Positions 46,356 through 56,467 of a stretch of 64,000 nucleotides of DNA are shown here, piece by piece; position 1 is the stretch's first letter, and every line of letters begins with the position of its first letter. The position numbers and the translations under genes are program-made. The notes beneath the pieces were generated by a model that ran no database searches, was not told the DNA's origin, and worked only from the letters and a program-made list of their open reading frames with translations. The stretch comes from Terriglobus sp. (GTDB lineage Bacteria; Acidobacteriota; Terriglobia; Terriglobales; Acidobacteriaceae), in contig CBDAPM010000003.1 in the NCBI GenBank assembly GCA_965198455.1, positions 862,801 through 926,800 on the forward strand, given 5' to 3'.

Positions 46356-49300
46356 CCGTGTGCCTCCGACGGAACTGCAGCATGCGATGCATGCTCTTCA
46401 TGATCCTTGCCTGACATGCGAAGGCGAAGGCGATCCAGTGTGAGGTACACCACCGGCGTTGTGTACAGCGTAAGCATCTGGCTGACAATCAGACCGCCAA
46501 CAATCGTGATACCGAGCGGCCTGCGCAATTCCGATCCGGTGCCCGTGCCGAACGCAAGCGGCAGCGCGCCAAACAGCGCGGCCATCGTGGTCATCAGGAT
46601 GGGCCGGAAGCGCAGCATGCATGCTTCGAAGATCGCATCCTCGGTGTTCATGCCCTGGTCGCGCTCGGCCTGCAATGCAAAGTCGATCATCATAATGGCA
46701 TTCTTCTTAACGATGCCGATCAACAACACAATGCCGATGATGGAGATAACATTCAGGTCTTCATGAAACAGCATCAGCGCAAGCATCGCGCCAACACTGG
46801 CTGACGGCAGCGTCGATAAAATGGTGATCGGATGCACCAGGCTCTCATACAAAATGCCAAGCACAATGTAGACAGCCAGGATGGCCGTGGCAATCAGGTA
46901 CGGTTCAGACCCCAACGACTGCTGATACGCCTGCAGCGTCCCGGAAAAGAAGCCCTGGATGGTTGTAGGCAGGTTGAGTTGTTGCTTCACGCCTTCAATC
47001 GCCAGCGTGGCATCGCTGAGTGAAAGCCCCGGTGCAAGGTTGAACGATACCGTAACGGATGGAAACAGGCCTGTGTGGTTCAACGCAAGCGGCGTCGTGC
47101 CGGCCTTTGCATGGCTGAACGATGACAGCGGCGTATTGCCTGCGGCCGTGGGAGTAGAAGCGCCCGTTGGATGGAAGTACACCGTATTCAGGCCATCCGG
47201 CCGCTGCCAGAACCGGGGCGCAACCTCCAGCACCACGTAGTACTGGTTTAACTGCGTATAGATCAAGGAGACTTCTGATTGCCCGAAGGCCGCATACAGC
47301 GCGCTGTCGATCGATGTCGCGGTTTGTCCAAGCCTTGCCGCCGACACGCGGTCAAAAGTGACCTGCTCATCCAGGCCGCCCATCTGCTGATCGGAACTCA
47401 CATCCTGAAAGCCCGGCAGATGCTGCATCTTCTCCAGTATCTTCGGTCCGTACGTCTGCAGATCGTCAACGTTATCCGCCTCAAGCGTGTACTGATACAT
47501 CGCATTGCTTGACCGGCCTCCAATGCGGATATCCTGCTGCGCCTGTAGAAATGCCGATGCCACGGGCAGGCGATTCAACTTCGGCCGCAGCCGGTTAATG
47601 ACATCTGCCGCACCCGTCTTGCGCTGTCCAGGTCCATCTCCAAGAGGCTTGAGCGAGATGAACACATTGCCCGTGTTCGTCGCGCCCTGACCACCCGTAA
47701 AACCAATCACGTTCTGCACCGCGGGATCTTCGCCAATGACCTTTTGGATCTTCTGAATGGAACCATTCATCACGTTGAACGAAGCATCCTCCGGTCCGCG
47801 TGCTGCACCGGCAAGTGACCCCGTATCCTGCTGCGGGAAGAAACCCTTCGGAATGCGCACGATAATCACAACGTTCAGCGCAATCGTGAGCCCAAGCACC
47901 ACCAGCATCAGGCCGGAGTTCTCCAGCGACCAGTGCAGACTTGAGCGGTACACGCGAAGAATCCAGTCAAAGAACTTCTCCGTCGTGTTGTAGAACCACC
48001 CGTGCTTCACATCCTTTTCGCTCTTCAGCAGGTACGCACACATCATGGGTGTGGTCGCAAGTGAGATCATCATCGACACAAGAATCGCGGTCGAAAGCGT
48101 AACGGCAAATTCGCGGAACAGACGCCCCACGATGCCGCCCATCAGCAGCAGCGGAATGAACACAGCGATGAGCGAGATGCTGATGGACAATACGGTGAAG
48201 CCGATCTCCTGCGCCCCCAGCAGCGCTGCATCCATTGCGGACATGCCGTTCTCGAGATGACGCGCAATGTTCTCCATCACGACGATTGCGTCATCGACCA
48301 CAAAGCCCGTGGAGATGGTGAGAGCCATCAGCGACAGGTTATCCAGTGAGTAGCCGAGGAGATACATCACCGCAAATGTCCCAATCAACGAGACAGGGAC
48401 GGCGACCGCGGGAATCAGCGTTGCGCGCCCATTGCGCAGGAAAAGGAACACCACGGCAATAACAAGGCCGATGGAGAGCAACAGCGTTCGCTCCACATCG
48501 TGCACGCTGGCGCGGATCGTCGTGGTGCGGTCCAGCACCACCGTCATATCAATTCCCTGGGGTATCGAAGCTTTCAGCGATGGGATCTGCGCAGTGATCG
48601 CGTTTACCGTATCGATGATGTTCGCGCCCGGCTGCCGGAAGATGATCAGCACGACTGCGCGTTTGCCATTCAGATAGCCCGCCGCGCGCACGTTCTGCGT
48701 GGAGTCGATGACGTCGGCAACGTCGGACAGGCGAATCGCTGCGCCACTCTTATAGCCAACAATCAACGGCTGATACTCGGCCGCATGCGATATCTGCCCA
48801 TTCACGAGGATGTCCGCCGTGCGGTCACCATCCGTGATCTGACCCCGCGCAAGATTCGTGTTCTGCAGACTCAACACCGACTGCAAATTCGCCATCGTAA
48901 GGCCGTAACTGCCAAGCTTGTTAGGATCGACCTCAACACGCACCGATGGCAATGCGCCTCCACCCGCACTCACCTGGCCTACGCCCTGAATCTGCGATAG
49001 CTTTTGTTCCACAACCGTCGATGCTTCGTCGTACAGTTTGTCCGGTCCGTATTTGTCTGAGGTAAGCCCAAGAATCATGATCGGCGCATCAGCCGGGTTC
49101 ACCTTGCGATACGTCGGGTTCGATGGCAGGTTTGTCGGCAGGTACGTCCGTGCCGCATTAATAGCTGCTTCCACATCACGCGCAGCGCCATCGATGTCGC
49201 GGCTTAGATCGAACTGGATGGTGATGGCCGTGGTGCCCAGCGTGCTGGACGACGTCATCTCCGTAACGCCCGCGATGTGACCGAACTGCCGCTCCAGTGG

Positions 49301-49495
49301 CGTAGCGATCGAAGACGCCATGATCTCCGCGCTGCCACCGGGCAGGGACGCCGCCACAGCGATGGTTGGGAAGTCCACCTGTGGCAGCGGCGATACCGGC
49401 AGCAGGTTGAACGCAACAGCACCCGCAATCGCGATAGCGATGGTGAGCAGCGTTGTCGCAACAGGCCGGTGAATAAATGGCGCGGACAGGTTCAC
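46352..49495 (-). CDS. mdtC: multidrug efflux RND permease, MdtC-like
   Basis: MNLSAPFIHRPVATTLLTIAI... with a typical HAE1 architecture. Second of two tandem RND genes after an MFP gene. Confidence 0.9.
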   Translation of the reverse strand: MNLSAPFIHRPVATTLLTIAIAIAGAVAFNLLPVSPLPQVDFPTIAVAASLPGGSAEIMASSIATPLERQFGHIAGVTEMTSSSTLGTTAITIQFDLSRDIDGAARDVEAAINAARTYLPTNLPSNPTYRKVNPADAPIMILGLTSDKYGPDKLYDEASTVVEQKLSQIQGVGQVSAGGGALPSVRVEVDPNKLGSYGLTMANLQSVLSLQNTNLARGQITDGDRTADILVNGQISHAAEYQPLIVGYKSGAAIRLSDVADVIDSTQNVRAAGYLNGKRAVVLIIFRQPGANIIDTVNAITAQIPSLKASIPQGIDMTVVLDRTTTIRASVHDVERTLLLSIGLVIAVVFLFLRNGRATLIPAVAVPVSLIGTFAVMYLLGYSLDNLSLMALTISTGFVVDDAIVVMENIARHLENGMSAMDAALLGAQEIGFTVLSISISLIAVFIPLLLMGGIVGRLFREFAVTLSTAILVSMMISLATTPMMCAYLLKSEKDVKHGWFYNTTEKFFDWILRVYRSSLHWSLENSGLMLVVLGLTIALNVVIIVRIPKGFFPQQDTGSLAGAARGPEDASFNVMNGSIQKIQKVIGEDPAVQNVIGFTGGQGATNTGNVFISLKPLGDGPGQRKTGAADVINRLRPKLNRLPVASAFLQAQQDIRIGGRSSNAMYQYTLEADNVDDLQTYGPKILEKMQHLPGFQDVSSDQQMGGLDEQVTFDRVSAARLGQTATSIDSALYAAFGQSEVSLIYTQLNQYYVVLEVAPRFWQRPDGLNTVYFHPTGASTPTAAGNTPLSSFSHAKAGTTPLALNHTGLFPSVTVSFNLAPGLSLSDATLAIEGVKQQLNLPTTIQGFFSGTLQAYQQSLGSEPYLIATAILAVYIVLGILYESLVHPITILSTLPSASVGAMLALMLFHEDLNVISIIGIVLLIGIVKKNAIMMIDFALQAERDQGMNTEDAIFEACMLRFRPILMTTMAALFGALPLAFGTGTGSELRRPLGITIVGGLIVSQMLTLYTTPVVYLTLDRLRLRMSGKDHEEHASHAAVPSEAHG

Positions 49496-52400
49496 GCGTG
49501 GCCGCCCTCTGCTTGCAGGTTTCCGTGGCTTGCGTCCGGCGCGTTCGACGGCGAGTGTTCCCCTGTCTGCACCTCAGGCTTGTGCTTTGAGAATCGCTGC
49601 GACAGGTTATCGAAGAAGATATAAATGACAGGCGTCGTATACAGCGTCAGCACCTGGCTCACCATCAGGCCGCCCACCATGGCAATGCCCAGCGGCCGCC
49701 GCAGCTCCGACCCGATGCCATGCCCAAAAGCAAGTGGCAAGCCGCCCAGCAACGCTGCCATCGTCGTCATCATAATGGGGCGGAAACGCAGCGTTGCCGC
49801 TTCAAAGATTGCCTCTGTCGAACTCTTGCCGTGCTCACGCTCCGCTTCCAGCGCAAAATCCACCATCATGATGCCGTTCTTCTTCACAATGCCAATCAAC
49901 AGCACAATGCCGATGATCGCCACAACACTCAAGTCTTGGTGAAACAACAGCAGCGAAAGAAACGCGCCCACACCCGCGGAAGGCAGCGTGGAAAGAATCG
50001 TCACCGGATGTATGAAGCTCTCGTACAGAACACCCAGCACGATGTACACCGTCACCAGCGCCGCAAGAATCAGCAGCGGCTCATTCGACAGCGAGTTGCG
50101 GAACGAAGCGGCTGTGCCCTGGAAGTCTGCCTGGATGCTGGCAGGCATCTTCATGTCCTTCTGAATCTTCGTGACATCCGTGATCGCTGTACCCAGCGAC
50201 GCGTTCGGAGCAAGATTGAAGGACACCGTCACCGACGGAAACTGCCCTTGGTGCGTGATCGAGAGCGCCTCTGTCGTTGTCTCAAAATGCGAGAACGCAC
50301 TCAGCGGAACAGAATTCGCATACGTTGAACTCGTCGTTCCCGCTGAGGTCGATCCACCTGCCGTCGTGGTCACGGCGCTGTTATGGGTCAGCGCGGACAC
50401 GGGCGCGGTGATCGCGGAACTGGAAGCCGTATACGCCGCGGTCGATGTCAGCGCATTGGATCCGGCAGACGTTGACCCACGTCCGGAAGATGTGGAGCCA
50501 CCAGCGCCTGTCGTGCCGCTCGCCGCATTCGACTGAATGAAGAGATGATTCAGCTTGTCAGGATCAAGCTGAAACTGCGGCTGCGCTTCCATGATCACGT
50601 GGTACTGATTCAACTGCGTGTACATCGTATTGATCTGCCGCTGACCGAACGCGTCGTACAGCGTGTTGTCCACGGTCGTTGGTGCAATGCCAAGCCGTGA
50701 CGCTGTCGGCCGGTCAATCACAAGCGAGACCGCAAGTCCGCCCAGCTGCTGATCGGTCGCAACGTCTTCCAGCTCAGGCAGCTGCTTCAGCTTGTCCACG
50801 AACCTCTGTGTCCATTGGTTCAATTCAGTCTGGTCAGGGTCTTCCAGCGTGTATTGATACTGCGTGCGGCTCACGCGGTCATCCACGGTAATGTTCTGCA
50901 CCGGCTGCATGAACATGGTGATGCCTGCCACATCCTGCAGCTTCTTTTGCAGCCTTCGAATCACATCCGAAGCCGAGGCGTCACGCTGATTCAGCGCCTT
51001 CAGGTTGATCGAAAATCTGCCGCTGTTCCCTGTGGTGTTCGTGCCGTCCGCGCCAATGAACGACGAAAGGCTCTCAACAGCAGGGTCTGCCAGGATCACC
51101 TTCGCCACCTGCTGCGACTTGTCCGCCATCTCCTTGTTGCCAATGCTCGCCGGCGCCTGCGAGATGCCTTGGATCACACCGGTATCCTGCACCGGGAAAA
51201 AGCCCTTGGGCACGATCATGTAAAGAAAGACCGTAAGCAGCAACGTCACAACAGCCACAAGCAGGGTTGCAGTCTGGTGATCGAGTACCCACTTCAACGT
51301 GCGGCCATAGAACGCGATCGTGCGCTCGAAAATAGTCTCGGACCACTTATAGAAGCGGCCCTCCTGCGCCTTTGGGTCGTGCTTCAGAATGCGCGACGCC
51401 ATCATCGGCGTCAGCGTCAACGACACAACCGCTGAAAGCACAATCGTCACCGCGAGCGTCACAGCAAACTCGCGGAACAGGCGGCCCACTACGTCGCCCA
51501 TAAACAGCAACGGAATCAACACGGCAATCAGCGAAACGGTCAGCGACAGGATCGTGAAGCCAATCTGCTCCGCCCCCTTGAGGGCAGCTTCCATCGGCGG
51601 ATCGCCCTCTTCCAGATAGCGCGAGATGTTCTCCACCATCACGATCGCATCGTCCACCACGAAGCCTGTCGAGATCGTCAGCGCCATCAACGAAAGGTTG
51701 TCCAACGAATAATGCAGCGCGTACATCACGCCAAGCGTACCCACCAGCGACAACGGAACAGCAACCGCAGGAATGATGGTTGCGTACAGGTTGCGCAGGA
51801 AGAGAAAGATAACAAGAATAACCAGGACGATCGTCAGCCCAAGCTCAAACTCAACATCATCCACAGACGCCTGGATGGGCGTCGTGAGATCGGTCAGCGT
51901 CGTCACTTCAATGCCGGCGGGCAGATTGGACTCCAACTGCGGCAGCAGCGCCTTGATGCTCTTAACCACGCTGATGGTGTTGCCGCCGGGCTGGCGCTGC
52001 ACATTCAAAATGATCGCCGGCGTGGTGTTCATCCATGCGGCCTGCGTTGTGTTTTCCACACTGTCAATGATGTTGGCAACATCCGGCAGCATCACCGCCG
52101 CGCCATTGCGATACGCAACCACGACCTTGCGATAGTCATTGCTCGAGACAAGCTGATCGTTCGCATCGATCTGGTAATCCTGGCGTTCGCCGTCAAAATT
52201 TCCCTTGGCAGCGTTCACGCTTGCGTCGGTCACTGCCGTGCGCAGATCTTCCAGGTTCAAACCATACGAAGCCAATGCCGTTGGATTGGCCTGGATACGC
52301 ACCGCAGGCTTTTGCCCACCGCTGATGCTGACGAGGCCGACACCATTCAGCTGCGATATCTTCGGTGCCAGCCGCGTATCCACAAGGTCCTCTACCTGCG

Positions 52401-52854
52401 GCAAAGGAATATTCTTCGACGTCACGGCAAGCGTCATGACCGGTGCGTCCGCAGGGTTGGTCTTGCTGTACACCGGCGGCGCAGGCAGGTTCGCCGGCAA
52501 AAAACTCTGTGCGGCATTGATGGCGGCCTGCACCTCTTCTTCCGCCACGTCGATGTCCAGCGACAGATTAAACTGCAGCACGATCACCGAGTTGCCGCCG
52601 GCGCTCGTCGACGTCATCTGGCTCAGTCCCTGCAACTCGCCGAACTGCCGCTCCAACGGAGCCGTCACCGTCGTCGCGGTAACATCAGGGCTCGCTCCCG
52701 GATAAAACGTCAGCACCTGGATCGTCGGGTACGCAACCTCGGGCAAAGCAGAGACAGGCAACTGCGTGTAGGACACAATCCCCACAAGCAAAATGGCCGC
52801 CATCAGCAACGCCGTCGCAATTGGACGCAGGATGAACGGGCGCGATGGGCTCAA
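49492..52854 (-). CDS. mdtB: multidrug efflux RND permease, MdtB-like (with ~72-aa low-complexity insertion)
   Basis: SPSRPFILRPIATALLMAAILL... HAE1 architecture. 1120 aa, versus 1047 aa for the neighbouring paralog. Confidence 0.9.
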   Translation of the reverse strand: MSPSRPFILRPIATALLMAAILLVGIVSYTQLPVSALPEVAYPTIQVLTFYPGASPDVTATTVTAPLERQFGELQGLSQMTSTSAGGNSVIVLQFNLSLDIDVAEEEVQAAINAAQSFLPANLPAPPVYSKTNPADAPVMTLAVTSKNIPLPQVEDLVDTRLAPKISQLNGVGLVSISGGQKPAVRIQANPTALASYGLNLEDLRTAVTDASVNAAKGNFDGERQDYQIDANDQLVSSNDYRKVVVAYRNGAAVMLPDVANIIDSVENTTQAAWMNTTPAIILNVQRQPGGNTISVVKSIKALLPQLESNLPAGIEVTTLTDLTTPIQASVDDVEFELGLTIVLVILVIFLFLRNLYATIIPAVAVPLSLVGTLGVMYALHYSLDNLSLMALTISTGFVVDDAIVMVENISRYLEEGDPPMEAALKGAEQIGFTILSLTVSLIAVLIPLLFMGDVVGRLFREFAVTLAVTIVLSAVVSLTLTPMMASRILKHDPKAQEGRFYKWSETIFERTIAFYGRTLKWVLDHQTATLLVAVVTLLLTVFLYMIVPKGFFPVQDTGVIQGISQAPASIGNKEMADKSQQVAKVILADPAVESLSSFIGADGTNTTGNSGRFSINLKALNQRDASASDVIRRLQKKLQDVAGITMFMQPVQNITVDDRVSRTQYQYTLEDPDQTELNQWTQRFVDKLKQLPELEDVATDQQLGGLAVSLVIDRPTASRLGIAPTTVDNTLYDAFGQRQINTMYTQLNQYHVIMEAQPQFQLDPDKLNHLFIQSNAASGTTGAGGSTSSGRGSTSAGSNALTSTAAYTASSSAITAPVSALTHNSAVTTTAGGSTSAGTTSSTYANSVPLSAFSHFETTTEALSITHQGQFPSVTVSFNLAPNASLGTAITDVTKIQKDMKMPASIQADFQGTAASFRNSLSNEPLLILAALVTVYIVLGVLYESFIHPVTILSTLPSAGVGAFLSLLLFHQDLSVVAIIGIVLLIGIVKKNGIMMVDFALEAEREHGKSSTEAIFEAATLRFRPIMMTTMAALLGGLPLAFGHGIGSELRRPLGIAMVGGLMVSQVLTLYTTPVIYIFFDNLSQRFSKHKPEVQTGEHSPSNAPDASHGNLQAEGGHA

Positions 52855-54110
52855 GGCGTGTCACTCCCGCTTTGCGTCGCCGTTGTCCCCTGGTTGGAGA
52901 GCTTCACCTGTGCGCCGGTCTGCAACTTATCGAAGCTGGAGTTCGCCACGATCTGGCCGGCATTCACGCCACTTACCTGCGCCGTATCGCCATCGGTTAC
53001 ACCCACCTTCACCGGCTGCATCGTCGCCTTGTTATTCGCAAGCACATACACGTACGTCGCAGTACCGTTGTGCTGTATCGCCGACGTCGGCAGCAGCATC
53101 GCGTTGTGCAGCGTGTTTACCAATAGGCGCGCATTCACAAATTCGTTCGGATAAAGCTCTGCGCTCCTGTTGTCAAACTGCGCACGCGCTTTCACGGTGC
53201 CCGTGGTCGTGTCCACCTGGTTATCCAGTGATTGCAACGCGCCCGTCGCAATCTTCTTCTGCGCCGTGCGATCCAACGCATCCACCGGCAGCTTCGCGCC
53301 AGACCTCATGCGCGGCACCACCTGGCCCAAAGCGTCCTCTGCCAGTGTGAAAATGACCGTGATGGGCTGTATCTGCGTGATCACCACAAGCGGCGTTGTG
53401 CCACCGGACGTCACCAGATTGCCCGGGTCCACCAGCCGCAAACCAACGCGCCCGGCAATGGGCGCAACAATGTGGCAGAAGTCCACCTGCACCTGGTCAT
53501 ACTGCACTGTGCCCTGGTCCTGCGTCACCACACCTTCATCCTGCTGCACGATCTTCTGCTGATCTTCATATTGCTGACGCGGAATCGCATTGCGAGCCCA
53601 TGCCTGCTGGTAGCGGTCCAGGTCCATCTTCGCCTGCGCCAGCACGCCTTCATCCTTTTGCAGCGTGCCCTGCGCCGTCAGCAGGTTCGCTCGGTACTGC
53701 CGTGAATCAATATCGATCAGCGGCTGCCCCTTGGCGACGAGCTGCCCTTCGCGATAGTGCACCGCGGTGATCACACCGGTAATCTGCGCCGTGATTGAGG
53801 ACGTGAAGACAGGCGTGACGGTGCCGATAGCCTCCTGGTACACGCCAATGTCACCCTGCTTCACAGTGGCGGGCACGACCGGCACAACACCACCAGCTCC
53901 GCGTTTGTTCGCAGAAGCAGCGCCCGCTTCTTCATGATGATGGATCACCCAATAAAAGACGAGTGCGAACAGCAGCAGCAGGACACCCCACACGATAAAT
54001 CGGGATGCATGTTTTTTCTTCGGCTCTGCAGGTGCCTCGGAAGACGGAGTCGAAGCAGGCAGCATGTGACCGGCATCCGTGATCGGATGCTCATGCGAAT
54101 CAGCAGACAA
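52851..54110 (-). CDS. mdtA: efflux RND periplasmic adaptor, MdtA-like
   Basis: MFP motifs (ITAQITGVITAVHYREGQLVAKGQPLIDID, coiled coil, beta-barrel). Start uncertain: TTG 54110 follows GAGGAG by 6 nt. Alternatives are ATG 54065 and the track start 54269. Confidence 0.85.
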   Translation of the reverse strand: MSADSHEHPITDAGHMLPASTPSSEAPAEPKKKHASRFIVWGVLLLLFALVFYWVIHHHEEAGAASANKRGAGGVVPVVPATVKQGDIGVYQEAIGTVTPVFTSSITAQITGVITAVHYREGQLVAKGQPLIDIDSRQYRANLLTAQGTLQKDEGVLAQAKMDLDRYQQAWARNAIPRQQYEDQQKIVQQDEGVVTQDQGTVQYDQVQVDFCHIVAPIAGRVGLRLVDPGNLVTSGGTTPLVVITQIQPITVIFTLAEDALGQVVPRMRSGAKLPVDALDRTAQKKIATGALQSLDNQVDTTTGTVKARAQFDNRSAELYPNEFVNARLLVNTLHNAMLLPTSAIQHNGTATYVYVLANNKATMQPVKVGVTDGDTAQVSGVNAGQIVANSSFDKLQTGAQVKLSNQGTTATQSGSDTP

Positions 54111-54494
54111 TGAAATCTCCTCGAACGGGGTAGCTGGAAGATTGAATCTTCTCTTATCATCGACTTTGACGCAGGCCGAGGCCGAGCGAGCGCTCAAAAA
54201 TCTTCTCGAGGGATGAAATAAACGCAAACGACGTGGATCAGCGTGACCTTTGTCCCGCCTCGACACCATGGTCTAAATCTAAAGGCGATGAGGAGTTGAG
54301 CGCCCTCGACACGTTAGCCGCACCGGCCCACCAATGCCAGGAGGCACAGGGCTACAACTTCAGCCGGCCAAATCCAGGCGCAAGCCTTTGCCACGCTTCT
54401 GGCCGCGCGGCAGCCGCTGATGACGTCTTCAACTCCTGTATTCGCCTGAGCCACAAGAGAGAGTGGACGCCGCGCATCCACTCTTTAAGTCAAC

Positions 54495-55295
54495 CTACGC
54501 CTTCATCGCACTCGCGCGAAATCTCCGCGCCGCAAGCGCCACACACACCACGCTAAAGCCCGCGAGCCACAACACATGTGCCGCAACACTCCACGCCATC
54601 GGCACGCCAACATCATGCAGTGCAAGTTGACCCAGGTGCCACGTGGGCCATATCGGCGCTATCTTCTGTATCCAGCCCGGCAAGCCATCCAACGGAAACC
54701 ACAGCCCTGACAGGAATGACATCGGCAGATAGATCAGGTTCACAAAGCCGATCGAAGCGTTGGGCGGCACCAGGCTTGCCAGCAGTATGCCCATGGACGC
54801 AAACGGAAACACACCAAGAATCACCGTCAGCACCAGCTTCACCATCTGCCCAGCGCTGAAGTGAACATGCGCCATCGTCATGCCGCACAGCAGCAAAATA
54901 CCGAAGATAATGAGCGCAAACGCCATGGCTGTTAGCAGCTTCGCCAACAGATATGCCATTCGCGGCATCGGACTCGCCTGCTTCAACTCCAGCCACCCCT
55001 GTGCACGCTCATTCGCAATGGTGCTGCACAAGCCAAACAGCGACGATCCAACCAATCCAAACACGGAGTAAGTGGCAAGTAAGTAAGTCGCGCGCCCCAC
55101 CTGCTCCGCATGACTCCCACCCTCCACCACGCCGAACAGTAAGTAGAAACAAACCGGAAATCCAATCGTCGAAAACGTAAACGACCGTGCACGAAACAGC
55201 CGGAGAAACTCGTATTTCGTCTCCTTGCTGTACGGCTTCAATGAAAAAGGTATAGACGGCGTTGCAACGGGACTCATCGTGGCCGTGGTGCTCAT
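54495..55295 (-). CDS. ABC-2-type transporter permease
   Basis: 266 aa with 6 TM helices. 4-nt overlap with the ATPase gene upstream. Confidence 0.85.
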   Translation of the reverse strand: MSTTATMSPVATPSIPFSLKPYSKETKYEFLRLFRARSFTFSTIGFPVCFYLLFGVVEGGSHAEQVGRATYLLATYSVFGLVGSSLFGLCSTIANERAQGWLELKQASPMPRMAYLLAKLLTAMAFALIIFGILLLCGMTMAHVHFSAGQMVKLVLTVILGVFPFASMGILLASLVPPNASIGFVNLIYLPMSFLSGLWFPLDGLPGWIQKIAPIWPTWHLGQLALHDVGVPMAWSVAAHVLWLAGFSVVCVALAARRFRASAMKA

Positions 55296-56227
55296 GCTTC
55301 CTCCTTGCGCGTCAATGCCAGGAACGCGTCTTCCAGCGTGGGACTTGAAACTTCCAGGCTATGCAGCGACGCATCCGCCGCCAGCAACGTACGCAACACA
55401 TCTTCGGCACAGCCAACCGTCATCGTCACAGCCGCGCCATTGCGGTCCACGCGCAGCACATCGGGCACGGAGCGCAGAAACGCATCGCTCAACGTCGTCA
55501 CACACGTCAGTGTGCGTCCCGCAACGCGGCTCTTGATCTCAAGTGGTGTACCCTCCGCCACAATCGAGCCCTCAGCAATCACCAGCACACGATCCGCCAG
55601 CGTATCGGCTTCTTCCAGGTAATGCGTCGTCAGCAGCACGGTCTTGCCCGCATCCGCCAGCGCCCGCACCTGCCGCCACAGGTTGTGGCGCGTCTCAATG
55701 TCCATGCCCAGTGTGGGCTCATCCAGAAACACCAGGTCAGGATTGCCGCACAGCGCCAGCCCAAACAACAGCCGTTGCCGCTGCCCGCCGCTCAACGCGC
55801 CAAACTGCTTCTTCTCGATCCCCGCCAGCCCCGCGGCTTCAATCACCTCAGCCATCGGCAACGGCTTCGGATAGTAACTCGAAAACAAATCGATGTATTC
55901 GCGCACCGCCAGCGTCTCCGGCACACGAGCCACCTGCAACATCGCTCCCACACGCTGTCGCGTCGCCCGCTCACTGGGGCTTCCGCCAAAAATCCTGACA
56001 CTGCCTTCCGTCGGCTGCAGCAAGCCCAGCAACAGCTTCACCGCGGTTGTCTTGCCGGCGCCATTCGGGCCCAGCAGCGCAACCACCTCACCCTTGCGCA
56101 GGCTTAACGACAAGCCGCGCAGCGCAGTGTGCGTCCCATAACGGTGGGTAACGCCCACCAACTCCGCGGCAGCCAATGCCGTCGCGGTCTGTATCTTCGA
56201 TTCAGTCAATACGGCAGTGGCGCTCAT
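55292..56227 (-). CDS. ABC transporter ATP-binding protein (DrrA/CcmA-like exporter ATPase)
   Basis: Walker A GPNGAGKTT, signature LSGGQRQRL, Walker B LVFLDEPTLGMD. Confidence 0.9.
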   Translation of the reverse strand: MSATAVLTESKIQTATALAAAELVGVTHRYGTHTALRGLSLSLRKGEVVALLGPNGAGKTTAVKLLLGLLQPTEGSVRIFGGSPSERATRQRVGAMLQVARVPETLAVREYIDLFSSYYPKPLPMAEVIEAAGLAGIEKKQFGALSGGQRQRLLFGLALCGNPDLVFLDEPTLGMDIETRHNLWRQVRALADAGKTVLLTTHYLEEADTLADRVLVIAEGSIVAEGTPLEIKSRVAGRTLTCVTTLSDAFLRSVPDVLRVDRNGAAVTMTVGCAEDVLRTLLAADASLHSLEVSSPTLEDAFLALTRKEEA

Positions 56228-56467
56228 CGTTACGGCTCCTGCAGTGCGGGTTCTCGGTGCGGGGGCCGCCCTTGGCTAACATCGCCGCAGCGCTCGGACT
56301 CCCGCTCACAAGAACAATCCTGCGCCGCTTACAACGCCAACAACACTGCCGTCCGTCACCGTCGTCACATGACACTTGTCACACGCTTAACAAAGCAGTA
56401 TGCAGTGATCGCTACGGAACCGCCGCGCCGCTGCGCACGCTCTTGCTTTGTATGAACCCACGAGCGC

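Noticed and set aside
51712-53154. 480-aa + ORF and many other long ORFs antisense to or out of frame with the RND, MFP, ilvA, MFS and aromatic genes (for example 56483..57700, 59060..59932, 43691..44461, 61810..62703, 62968..63786, 30791..31717, 34026..34808)
   Set aside because: These are typical high-GC shadow ORFs: Arg/His/Gln/Pro-rich, low-complexity, and fully overlapped by genes with strong family signatures on the other strand or frame.
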